Shown in pieces: positions 11,001 to 18,657 of a DNA stretch of 64,000 nt (positions are counted from its first letter, which is position 1; every line of letters begins with the position of its first letter). A program made the translations under genes and the position numbers. The notes beneath the pieces are model-generated. The model was not told the origin of the DNA and did no database searches. It saw nothing but the letters and a program-made list of their open reading frames with translations. Source of the stretch: a virus; IMG/VR virus record IMGVR_UViG_3300035181_002074, positions 1-64,000 of that record, one strand, 5' to 3'.

Positions 11001-11493
11001 AGCTAATAGCGCTGCAGCAATTTTCCAAAATAAATTGGCTTACCCAACTGAGATCCAATACGGTGTAGATTCTTATCGTTACTATAAAGGATTAGTAAAG
11101 CAGTTGAACAAGGTGATTTATGGAGACTCCTTCGATTCGATCAATTATCCGGGTGTTCGGGCTGCTGGCACTGCTATTGATATTAAGCCTGCTATCTTGA
11201 AAAGAATTACAGTTGCAATGTCGGTTCGCATCAAATCTGGTGTACCATTCATTGAATTACGTGATCGTATTAAAGCTGCTGTTGCTGGATACGTAAATTC
11301 ATTGAATGTTGGTGAGCAAGTAAGCTTGTCTAAGATCGTGGATGCTGCTGGTAAAATCAATGGAGTAACTTCCGTAGTAATTACTTCACCTGTTTATGAT
11401 ATCAGCAGCGATCTTATTTATGTTGGCCTCGACCAACGTGCCGCTATCACAGATGCAACTAATGACGTAACCGTTTCTATTTTAGGTAACTAA
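5095..11493 (+). CDS. Giant baseplate J-like (gp6) wedge protein with a large internal insertion
   Basis: N-terminal AIGDALQRLA, GTAGNV, NG..PDNDDTLRDRI and KGTEAAI motifs; C-terminal RAAGTAIDI...IKAAVAGYVNSLNVGEQVSLSKIV...INGVTSV; about 1700 aa of T/S/G-rich beta domains in between. Confidence 0.8.
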   Translation: MAETPKLRSPETIYGDLVDGFTSRARNVTDLSKQSVLNQLIKAVSESNFRAVADIIQSIDALNIDRAIGDALQRLARDRNVPILSGRYSSGRVDITDTTFTKIESAIFAGQPAPIGGSQVIYVADASKFTATGKLYIGRNTPNVEGPLDYISIASQGGGAYWAITLAPTSLTTKYHNVGEKVIFAQGGNRLINANAGVQTASGSSAEPITFKTTSNATIQDGETTVYNVPIVCNQIGTAGNVPKGSIRETVSLPFDSVANNSQPFTNGMAPDNDDTLRDRIKAYEQAKSKGTEAAIKVSAIDVVSDDDLKRVTSSNVIRYSDLSSALIFDDGTGYESIFNGVGLEKVIDKALGGETNLQLRQYPLTQARVINNVDGPFNINDGDTLDIDIQGVRKSHIFYSTDFKVQGAATVSEIVDSINSDPNFHAYATGAINTTRIALYPRERTQNEITVKSRSTIDANVHLGFPVNTEYTIRLYKNDIALYQDGLVAKVSTSPKANWVNTITAGDTLIYSVDNAPSITTTFTTDSFQAVSLTSSVSSFTSIEIWAAVMNTLMAGCTATVNGDVIEIKSNLGQDTRASIYISGGTIYSKMFPANTVLAATGRSSDFNLNINTGQLELTEPLLAGDSIAAGSAFTRSKISTNSIPNGPTSVGNMWLVSDGNAKGIATGLRLNTTLYFEQYNANPDLLRLRGVSATLTPEGFTSVQVGDWILVWAEAADAMLYPTMYANRGYWRVEQIDNGIVVRIGGNFTPTYGFEYGLPLDRIAVVRSTAPVQHLNYPVSTIGGFINTIKSQMVGIDAEAVGSTVRISTQTSGSAGELFVIAADAGARSLGFASSTIVDNITSHYGFAANQDAEAGTPLFTHSAFGTKTSATEFQETNYVALGGHLDNFAELLNNYETSPLQELPDSNKSRRVLTEDYIGSNVTLKIPPYMANTESPIQASDRYFLRESYQFDANDQVTFIVDGDNNTKTYNTPTSRKIKVNSHSTPSLQDFSASDTESTLALEDPSSFNTFDFTDFKVWRKAGILLSDGSLSIKFNSADFGPAGNSLRVGYVYPTSRTQTSLSYNTINNETGAIGITLPVTLSRTANWDGTTSFTTDVVTTGGRDAVTYTYRVGTAPSLSIGAGVTNGDIAMLDPTSNFLSSNKDFSAKVSAVTPTTFTINRPTGTATSDNVIFSSMINQAGVTTVTSTTSHGITTGDRIGIWNTAAVSGITKPFETTYFPTVTSPNTFTIPTPVTAPTGTIISTTHAGNIVTVTSTAHGLQAGNIVIISNVATAVNGTHPVSNILNANQFQYVVIGSSSPPTGGQFDFQSYAADGTTSQSITSVTKSGYTVTVFDNNNLVTNDLVQITGAVWDAYVVLTTYGIGDMVRYSGIDYVSLVSGNTSNQPNTSPAQWAISSLTLNGNYVVSSAVAGVSFTFTTSFGGNGSSTGTGTAAKMTTAGKLARSIGSSEAKLQFAQVQSTAQDVLTFVSTSMAGVLQADLVTGSLGDLINTSTADNGIGTNYYSVTALNISGTISSNLINITVNGNIAAGSDIILNSSSHAAYNDSYVVLDSVQSGLNYILTLRTAINSTTTFSAAMTGGTVRGTNAYSMFKDGENWVKSSDLQSLPTLPQFSLKRAWSTAPAIDEEIRVIATTNDHLARFWNILSVTGLSNVATINNSEYGRQLQVRTKTFGASGSIQVAGGSATAGQIALIGAGKEQDTTTGSFVIPYEARKGLNSRSWVKLTQTVRQNKSLGFSGTTVIQTFNDGLQITGGTGSFQTLRATTQATGTTIKVERHGDYVAYIGIDGASMGLLSNSTQFVREGDWVKIRNTVSVPFTPSNCGIFQVVRVFGNGTFWIENDLAVDEIVTLTASTEMAFYSYDSVMPDDTLIIAGNILDPLNVGRYLVIDETSAGAFFPTSTRIYTKPIPITHAPTVLGDSFLQVNVEEYKPLSLLKRIVTIAPSSAGYANVIVDSSNLMNKMSSANSAAAIFQNKLAYPTEIQYGVDSYRYYKGLVKQLNKVIYGDSFDSINYPGVRAAGTAIDIKPAILKRITVAMSVRIKSGVPFIELRDRIKAAVAGYVNSLNVGEQVSLSKIVDAAGKINGVTSVVITSPVYDISSDLIYVGLDQRAAITDATNDVTVSILGN

Positions 11494-12863
11494 TATCGTA
11501 TTCTTTGCTTTGTTTAGGCAACAGTTCCGGTATTTGATAAATAGCTGGTTCCCATATAACCCACCAGCCACTGTTGTAAATAGTTAGTACCCATCTATTC
11601 ATAACGGATATACCAAGTTTTATAATCACCTTTATCAACATGATAAGTTTGTTTTGACCAAGACGTTTGGTCACACAAGATTGTCCAGCCTTCTGGATAA
11701 ATTCTTTTGTTGCATATCACTAAAATATACTTACCCTTCATAATCAATATGCCATGCCTTTTTATCTATGTCATCCAATATCAGTTTATCCACATGCCAC
11801 GGTTCACCATCATTTAATAAACACCAGTAATCTTTTTCGGCAATAAGCAGCAGGGAGAATGGCTCATTAAAATTAACATAATGATTAGTCATGATAATAC
11901 GATCCTGTAAATTTTTGATTCAATTGATAGTATATGGAGTGTAAGCGGTACGGCCGTAGGCATTATCCTGAACTTCATTCTAAGTGGTATGTTCCATGCA
12001 GCCACGATAAAATATCCGTTAATCATACTCCACACTAATAACTTTCAGTTCGTCCGGTAATGGATGACCCCATATTGATGGAAAACTACCACCTTCCAGC
12101 TCCACGAAAAAATATTCCAAACTCTTGCGGACTATAATAAGGTAAGTCATTCATCTATCCAAATAATATATAGTTTATGCTCCTGCTCCAACATCTCTTG
12201 AATCATCCTGTCGTGACTTTTGTATGTCGCGGTAAAATACCCTATGGGGCAGTCAGCATCCGTCACGAAAGCAATGAGGTATCTATTCACCATAAATCAT
12301 CCATTCCTTAACTTGCGATGGCGGTAGATGTGTTACGTATGATGGCTCAACTGGCGACCAAACCCACCAAAACCCATCATATCGGGAAGTTAATCCATAT
12401 AATTTACGCATGTTCAACATAAACACTGTATTCCCTGTATTCATTATCTAGCAACGTATTGTCATTAAAACTAAACGATATCTGCGGCGTCTGATCTCTC
12501 CAAATATACCATGTGCCACCATCTACGAATGCAATGGAATAATAGTCAATCACTGTAATGTAACACCTTTGGAATCCCAGCCAGTAAGCCAAGCCTTAGT
12601 CGTTTCTTGGAACCAAGCAGCAGCTTCTTCTTGGGTTTTGAATTGATCTTTACCAGATCGAGCTACGATATTACCCTGACTGATGATTTCCCAAGTACGT
12701 GTAAACTGATCGTATTTGATTTCCATTATGTGTCTCCTGTTTCAATTATAAATTGTCTGACTGAGCTTGTGTAACGTATATCCCGCCAATACTTATCCAC
12801 GGAATGAAATTTAACATATACGTCATAAGTCTGCAAAGTTGGGAAATAGATTAAATAAGTCAC
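11477..12863 (-). other. Micro-ORF array A (9 members, 41-53 aa)
   Basis: Overlapping ORFs at 11477-11602, 11595-11741, 11731-11892, 11889-12026, 12019-12150, 12147-12293, 12283-12411, 12404-12553 (GTG) and 12726-12863 (GTG); e.g. MVNRYLIAFV...KLYIIWIDE, MKGKYILVI...KTWYIRYE. Confidence 0.8.
12550..12726 (-). CDS. Hypothetical protein, 58 aa (MEIKYDQFTRTWEII...), not a member of the micro-ORF family
   Basis: AGGAGA RBS; codon use resembles the structural genes. Confidence 0.7.
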   Translation of the reverse strand: MEIKYDQFTRTWEIISQGNIVARSGKDQFKTQEEAAAWFQETTKAWLTGWDSKGVTLQ

Positions 12864-13132
12864 AGTTTCTCCACTGGTGAGTCCGTGGTGTAGCCAGTTA
12901 CATATCGGCGTGTGAGATTTTTAGTTGTTTCAAGGTAAATTTCTAAAACCATCTGTCCGCCTGCATCGCTGGGACGAAGGAAAAATGAAGACTTCCGCTC
13001 AACATGTTGTTTGATTAATGCGTGAGTATACGAATTAAAATCCGTTTTCTTTTTGATATCATAGATTCGATTTTCTACATATCTACACTGAGCTTGGAAT
13101 GAGGTAAGTATCATTTGGTTTAATTCTGTCAT
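12860..13132 (-). CDS. Hypothetical protein, probably leaderless
   Basis: ATG lies 6 nt downstream of the -10 box at 13139-13144. Confidence 0.6.
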   Translation of the reverse strand: MTELNQMILTSFQAQCRYVENRIYDIKKKTDFNSYTHALIKQHVERKSSFFLRPSDAGGQMVLEIYLETTKNLTRRYVTGYTTDSPVEKL

Positions 13133-13138
13133 ACAAAT

Positions 13139-13167
13139 ATATTACCATGTTTTCTATTAAATGTCAA
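13139..13167 (-). promoter_or_regulatory. sigma70-type early promoter
   Basis: TTGACA-17 bp-TAATAT with TG extension. Confidence 0.7.
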
Positions 13168-13496
13168 GCCGTTTGTCGAGCGTTATAGATTACCATATAT
13201 GCGTCATGGCTAGCGCGTTGTTTCTTAGTCATTGGGTCAAAACCTTTGCTTTGAGCCCAGCCGTATGGCGAAGTAGCCTCACATCCAGCAACGATTTCTT
13301 CAGGAGAGAATCTTTGTAAGCACCACTTAATAAAACGCTTAGCGGTAGCTTTTGGGCTAGCATACTTAAAACGGCCAGCAAATTCAGCGCCAGTAGCTAC
13401 GTTAAGGCTTACCCATACTTCGCTAGAACCATTGAAGTTACCAACTTGTTTTCCATTTACGAAGATTGCATTTTCAACGAAAGTTACTTTATTCAT
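13164..13496 (-). CDS. Hypothetical early protein
   Basis: 110 aa, GAGG RBS, own promoter. Confidence 0.7.
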   Translation of the reverse strand: MNKVTFVENAIFVNGKQVGNFNGSSEVWVSLNVATGAEFAGRFKYASPKATAKRFIKWCLQRFSPEEIVAGCEATSPYGWAQSKGFDPMTKKQRASHDAYMVIYNARQTA

Positions 13497-13513
13497 TTGG
13501 ATACCTCATAAAT

Positions 13514-13542
13514 AGAATACCCTATAATGAGATAAATGTCAA
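13514..13542 (-). promoter_or_regulatory. sigma70-type early promoter
   Basis: TTGACA-17 bp-TATTCT; -10 plus leader TATTCTATTTATGAGGTA is identical to that at 20442-20459. Confidence 0.75.
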
Positions 13543-13627
13543 TAAAAAAGATTATGAATATGACAAAGGCTCAGATCCAATACAATCATTATAGCAGTCG
13601 ATATGATAATTAGCACTATAATTGGTG

Positions 13628-13906
13628 TCATTTGGAGTCTCCCCATATGATTTTATGTGCCGTTGGGCATTTGATTTCCACTTGTTCGCGACGCTTTTCT
13701 TTAGGAGCAGCCTTGCTTCTGTAGCGCTTCATGATTCTAGACACAACTTCTTTATTATTGTTAATCCAAACTTTTTTGGTAAGAGCCACGCATGCACGAC
13801 ATCTACCTGATAGGCCATCTTTATTGCGTTTATAGCCATGGAAGTTCTTTAATGGCTGTGGATTAGGCTGGGCACAGTCTTTGTTTGTACAGGTTTTCAC
13901 GGACAT
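13628..13906 (-). CDS. Zn-finger protein resembling the N-terminal domain of HNH homing endonucleases, without a nuclease domain
   Basis: KTCTNKDC...NFH....DGLSGRCRAC matches the start of the HNH at 36102 (KQCNTC...SFH....DGRQYKCKLC). Confidence 0.55.
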   Translation of the reverse strand: MSVKTCTNKDCAQPNPQPLKNFHGYKRNKDGLSGRCRACVALTKKVWINNNKEVVSRIMKRYRSKAAPKEKRREQVEIKCPTAHKIIWGDSK

Positions 13907-14138
13907 TTTATCTCCTTCGAATATACGTACTCGATAGTAAACACTTTACCATCCAAATCACTAGACCACCCAGCATCGTAGCCATACCATACACGATACT
14001 TGTAATGCATACCTTTGACGCCGTGGATACCGATAGTATTGGGGCGCCATTGGGCATCAGGGGATTGGTAACAGTGCCCAAAGGAATACTTCGGCAATGT
14101 TGGCTCCGGCCATGATACGAACATTAAGGCTATTAATT

Positions 14139-14375
14139 CTACCATTCCACGTCCAGCCATTGGCCACACCCTGAGATAAAAACTCTGAAACCTTTTTTTC
14201 TTAATTCGCGGCTAATCCGCAGCGCATCCCGTGAAGGGTTCCTAAGATAAACTTGTGTATTTGAAAATCCCAGTTTAGCGAACTTGGTTAATTCTCTACT
14301 AGCACCAACGGTAGTAGTGTATCTTGGCGATAAGCTGTCGGCTAATTTGCGTAATTGTTTTGCTGTAACTTTCAT
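14139..14375 (-). CDS. Hypothetical basic protein, probably leaderless
   Basis: ATG lies 6 nt from the -10 box. Confidence 0.6.
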   Translation of the reverse strand: MKVTAKQLRKLADSLSPRYTTTVGASRELTKFAKLGFSNTQVYLRNPSRDALRISRELRKKGFRVFISGCGQWLDVEW

Positions 14376-14381
14376 ATAATC

Positions 14382-14410
14382 AATATAACACTATTATACA
14401 GTTAAGTCAA
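14382..14410 (-). promoter_or_regulatory. sigma70-type early promoter
   Basis: TTGACT-17 bp-TATATT. Confidence 0.7.
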
Positions 14411-15453
14411 CCTGAATTAAATAGCGCATATATTCGGGGTCATTGATGTCTTTAGACTCATCGAAAATACCATACAATATGCTTCCGACTTTCACTATGT
14501 GGTAATTATTCATGCCATACCTCAATATCAATATAATGGGTATATGGCTCATTACATATTAACCAAAAGCTGGAAACCTTAAGCCAACAATCGGTATAGA
14601 CAGCTTTCTCGATTAAGTAATCTTTCATACTTCCTCCATTAATTCCACCGTGAGCCATAAATGACTGCCATTGTCGATAAACACCCATATGCGTGGAGCA
14701 GTCCCGTCAAATAGAGGCTCCCAGTCGCTGGGTGTAGCTATTATGAGTCTATAACTCTTCGATGATAATGCTATATTGTTCATAACTGAATTCCTTATCC
14801 GCAGTGAGATCGTCTATATAATATGTACAAATATATATATTGCCTTGTTTATCAAAAGAGTGTACTCGGCTGATGTGATAAGAATTCATAATGATATCTC
14901 CACATGAAACAGTAACTCATACGTATCTCGGTCGAAAATAATATAATGCCTTATATCCATCCAAGCATCACTGTGATACATGCCGTATGGTTTATACATA
15001 GACCACCACGCTAAAGTTATGATAGAATGCGTGGGTAGCGTATATGGTGTAATAGATTTGCTCCGTTTGTCCAAAGAAACCTAGACTGCGCGATGAGTAT
15101 ATTTTATATGGTTTCATCATTCCAAGGTCTTTCCATGTAGTATTCTTTATCGCCAAGATCATTTTCAATTGACCAGCACTCTTGAATTCCTTCAAACCAG
15201 TGGTACATGTAATAAAGCTTACCCATAAATGAAGTCTACCCAGTAATGTTTATTTTCTCCGCCGATCAGTATAAACCATGGTCTCTGCGCTTGAAAGTCG
15301 TCATCCCATTGAAAATGAGTGCGAATTGTATAATCAGTCATATGCTATCCGCCACATGTGCTGACCTATTTCACCTTCATGGATATGGAACCATATTAGA
15401 TCTGCTGCACAGTAAATTCTTACGTGCCTATCCATGAAAGTATCATTCTTCAT
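14394..15453 (-). other. Micro-ORF array B (9 members, 37-52 aa)
   Basis: 14394-14513, 14506-14628, 14625-14783, 14749-14889, 14886-14999, 14992-15120, 15104-15226, 15219-15341, 15334-15453; e.g. MNSYHISRV...QYSIIIEEL, MTDYTIRT...KHYWVDFIYG. Confidence 0.78.
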
Positions 15454-16708
15454 AGATCTTTTTTTTAGGGTTATTACTTATAAAATCCGCTAATTTAAAA
15501 CTGATTATACGATTTGCATCCAAGATCGTATCCTTTAGGCATAGACTTTGCCAAAATGTGGTCGGTTTGCCAGATTTATCTGAGTATATGCCATATAATC
15601 TCTGTCTACTTTGCTTGGATACTTCAGCCCATGCCTCAAATGACTTTGCTTCACCTTCGAATCCTTCTGTGCCGTCATGCAGTACGAAAACGGTATTCGG
15701 AGTTATTTCTCTTATGTCCCCAGCCTGAAAAATGGCTGTTGCGGTGCTAGCCACCATGCCAGTTCCAATTACATGGATTGGACAGGAACTACCCTTTAAT
15801 TTATCGTAAATGCTTAATCCATCCCACCAGTTACCGCCTTCACTCATTATTTTTACAAATATTGTCGCATGCGGATTAATATGTTCCATTATTTCTATGG
15901 CTCGGTTCACATTTGATGCCATTTCATTGTTAATTTCTCCAAAAATAAAAACAGTTCTGGTGTCGATATGATATCCATTAGTATATAATGTATCGAGGGC
16001 AATATTACGTTGCTCCTTAACAGCATGCATAGCTATTAGCATTTCAGATACCGTTAATTTATCTCCTTTAATAGAATTGCAAGAACCACAGCACGGCACT
16101 ACATTGTCTATTTTGTAGCCAATTTTTTTATCTAATATTATCCTATCCAATCCCGATCCCGATGGTGGCAAACTGCCCCCGCAATAAAAACAAGGTTTAC
16201 TTCTGAGAAGAGCAAATTCGGCTTTCGATATGTTCCATGGCATTTTGCGCTCAGAAGCTTGTCCTTTACCTGCATTAAATTGTACAGCTAAAGACGGTTG
16301 TCTTTTTTTAATTGGTCTTTTTTCTTTTGTTTTAACAAAACAAGCCGCACATAATGTGCCGGTATATTCAGCAGCACCAATTCGACCGCATCCCACACAA
16401 TCTTTACCCTTAATCGGATCTTTTATGATTGGCATTAAGGTGTCTAATAGTCCATTCGATACGCAAAATTTATACTTACCAGAGAATTTTTTTTTGAATT
16501 CCGATCGACTGCCGCATTCTTTTATGGCTTTTTTGAGACTATCGGTTGTGTAATCATGTTTAGTGGTCATATGTGCAAACAATTTGTTCCCTAGTTTAAG
16601 CTTGATAATAGCGGAGTATGCGCCGGAAGCCTGCGTTCGCATTTCGTGTCTAGTGGCGTACTTCTTAGATTCTTTGGTTAATGCCTCTTCTGTCCATTTT
16701 TTTTTCAT
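15443..16708 (-). CDS. HNH-type nuclease domain fused to a ClpP-family (S14) serine protease domain
   Basis: CFYCG...GLDRI...GY..DNVVPCCGSCNSIKG, then RTVFIFGEI...SEGG...GMVASTA...VLHD...KDTIL (Ser-His-Asp triad) in one uninterrupted frame. Confidence 0.85.
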   Translation of the reverse strand: MKKKWTEEALTKESKKYATRHEMRTQASGAYSAIIKLKLGNKLFAHMTTKHDYTTDSLKKAIKECGSRSEFKKKFSGKYKFCVSNGLLDTLMPIIKDPIKGKDCVGCGRIGAAEYTGTLCAACFVKTKEKRPIKKRQPSLAVQFNAGKGQASERKMPWNISKAEFALLRSKPCFYCGGSLPPSGSGLDRIILDKKIGYKIDNVVPCCGSCNSIKGDKLTVSEMLIAMHAVKEQRNIALDTLYTNGYHIDTRTVFIFGEINNEMASNVNRAIEIMEHINPHATIFVKIMSEGGNWWDGLSIYDKLKGSSCPIHVIGTGMVASTATAIFQAGDIREITPNTVFVLHDGTEGFEGEAKSFEAWAEVSKQSRQRLYGIYSDKSGKPTTFWQSLCLKDTILDANRIISFKLADFISNNPKKKIYEE

Positions 16709-16711
16709 AAA

Positions 16712-16906
16712 CTATTCCTTAACCCATCCGTATTCGAGGCACTCTTGTTCATTGATGATGATATTTGTTGATAGTTCACATTCTTTTTTATTAAAATCAT
16801 TATGTTTAACGCATTCTGTCTTGATGATGCGATTGGTTTCATATTTGATACACTTATATTTGTCACAACCAGTCAAAAGTAGCAATGTTAATAGACAGAT
16901 TCTCAT
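16712..16906 (-). CDS. Small Cys-rich lipoprotein
   Basis: Lipobox LLTGC. Confidence 0.6.
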   Translation of the reverse strand: MRICLLTLLLLTGCDKYKCIKYETNRIIKTECVKHNDFNKKECELSTNIIINEQECLEYGWVKE

Positions 16907-16926
16907 ATATTATATTACCACAGTTT

Positions 16927-17109
16927 TTACGCAGTCCATATTTTAAATACCACGACCCAAAATGATACAAAAATGATAATTGCCGATAAGGCTATCATGA
17001 TATTAACAGTATCTTGAATCGGAGAACTATCGTTAATTTCTGGCTGTACCCCAGCGTCATCCCACTTAGCTTTACGAAATTCATTCTTTCTTCTAGCTCT
17101 TCTTTTCAT
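16927..17109 (-). CDS. Small membrane protein (start probably MKRRARR)
   Basis: AAGGA RBS before ATG at 17109; C-terminal transmembrane segment. Confidence 0.55.
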   Translation of the reverse strand: MKRRARRKNEFRKAKWDDAGVQPEINDSSPIQDTVNIMIALSAIIIFVSFWVVVFKIWTA

Positions 17110-17129
17110 AAATTTCCTTCTTTCAAAAC

Positions 17130-17398
17130 ATGTGGGGTGGATCGCGACTTCCACCTCGGATTGTTACCCATGCAGCCTCTACCCTGCACTCAATGCGTTC
17201 AGCTTCTTACACCAACGCCCGATAAGGCTCCGACCTTAAAGATTTTAGGCGTTTCTCTAATGAAGTGTGTTTTCTACAAATAGTACTGGTCACATCACAG
17301 CTTCCAACGCCGCCCACATTCAAAATTTGGCCGTAATTTTAATTCCACGGCTCTACAGAATTCCCCGTCGTCTTTAAAGTCTACGGGTACTACGACTC
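17130..17398 (-). ncRNA. Candidate structured non-coding RNA(s)
   Basis: GC-richer intergenic gap with stems ATGTGGG/CCCACAT, GTGGA/TCCAC, AACGCCT/GGGCGTT enclosing TAAGG/CCTTA, TGCAG/CTGCA, CCCGT/ACGGG and GCCGT/ACGGC. Confidence 0.45.
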
Positions 17399-17400
17399 TT

Positions 17401-17883
17401 TTAGAAATCTAAACCAATCAACAATGAACCAGTTTTGTTCGTTTGTCCTTGGGCACCTACCGACAATCTGCGGGTAAGTAACCGTTGATATTGTAAACCA
17501 CCTACTAAACCACGACTATTTTCTACGGATACTGTGGTACCATTAGTAGAAGTATCAAGCTTATTGCGTGAACCATATCCACCAACCAAGCTCACACGAT
17601 TCTTATCGTTAACACTAACAGTGCATGAAGTCTTGGTTCTTTGTTCGGCAGTTTTGATAATATATTGCTGTACACGTGGTACAACTTTAAATTTCTCCGC
17701 TGGAACAGTGCTTTCTTTCCCATCAGCTTGACGAATGGTAATCGTCGCACCTTTCAGGTGGTTTGGCACATTGGTGTTTATATCGTAGAAAGAAGTAGCT
17801 TCTTCTGCGCTTGTACTTGAGGTACAGTCTTCGGCTAATGCTGGGGATGCTAACATAACGCTTAATAATAATAGATATTTCAT
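17401..17883 (-). CDS. Secreted / outer-membrane protein with C-terminal beta-strands ending in Phe
   Basis: Signal peptide (ALA-ED); ends ...SLLIGLDF. Confidence 0.6.
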   Translation of the reverse strand: MKYLLLLSVMLASPALAEDCTSSTSAEEATSFYDINTNVPNHLKGATITIRQADGKESTVPAEKFKVVPRVQQYIIKTAEQRTKTSCTVSVNDKNRVSLVGGYGSRNKLDTSTNGTTVSVENSRGLVGGLQYQRLLTRRLSVGAQGQTNKTGSLLIGLDF

Positions 17884-17884
17884 T

Positions 17885-18610
17885 TTAGTCGTCCTGTTCT
17901 TGGTTATTAGAGCAAGTTAATGTTGGAACTTCAAGCGTTATTGTGCGTACTTGAAATGTACCTGAAGTAGCTGCCGTGATAAGCGATGGAGAATGGTAAG
18001 TCCAGTCAGTTGGACAGCTGTTTCCGTGTATCACATTACTAGTTAACTCATTGTATGGAGCTGAGTTTTTCTTGCAGTAAGCATTAGAATATACTGCTGG
18101 TGTAGGTAGCACTGTGTAATCATTGAACGATACCGATATATTTTGCGTTCCAGTTGTGCAATTAGCGTCTTGACCATTGGTTCCAGCTGCCCCAGTAGCG
18201 CCGGTATTTCCTTTATCGCCCTTATCACCTTTGCTTCCTTCAGCGCCGGTTTGGCCGTCGTATAATCTGGCAGATGAGTCACCACATGTAACAGTTACAT
18301 AATTTGCATGGCATGGTCTATTGATAGAGCACGAATCACCTTGAGGTCCGATTTCACCTTGAGGTCCGATTTCACCTTGTATCCCCTGATCTCCATTTGT
18401 ACCATTGAAAAGCTCAGAATAGCTACCATCAGTACACGAAATCAACGACCCAATTTTTATTTCGCTTTCTCCATATAAATCCGATACAGAGCAAGACGAA
18501 CCGTCAGCTCCGTTGGTACCATTGGTACCATTCACAATCTGCACTACTTCTCGATCTGGGCCGCAACCCACTAACATAATTAAACTAACTAAAATTCCGA
18601 TATTTTTCAT
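17885..18610 (-). CDS. Collagen-like lipoprotein
   Basis: Lipobox LVGC; G-X-Y runs alternating with SCS...I.C.D modules. Confidence 0.8.
   Translation of the reverse strand: MKNIGILVSLIMLVGCGPDREVVQIVNGTNGTNGADGSSCSVSDLYGESEIKIGSLISCTDGSYSELFNGTNGDQGIQGEIGPQGEIGPQGDSCSINRPCHANYVTVTCGDSSARLYDGQTGAEGSKGDKGDKGNTGATGAAGTNGQDANCTTGTQNISVSFNDYTVLPTPAVYSNAYCKKNSAPYNELTSNVIHGNSCPTDWTYHSPSLITAATSGTFQVRTITLEVPTLTCSNNQEQDD
18336..18379. repeat. 18-bp tandem repeat (about 2.4 copies) in the collagen region
   Basis: TCACCTTGAGGTCCGATT twice plus TCACCTTG. Confidence 0.9.
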
Positions 18611-18628
18611 TTATTTCTCCTTGTTTTG

Positions 18629-18657
18629 AGTGTATCACTCTTTTTTTGTTTCGTCAA
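18629..18657 (-). promoter_or_regulatory. sigma70-type early promoter
   Basis: TTGACG-17 bp-TACACT, followed by an AAGGAG RBS. Confidence 0.7.

Noticed and set aside
17328-17398. Canonical tRNA or tmRNA
   Set aside because: No TTCRA T-loop, D-arm or correctly placed CCA, and no tag ORF; kept only as a candidate ncRNA.
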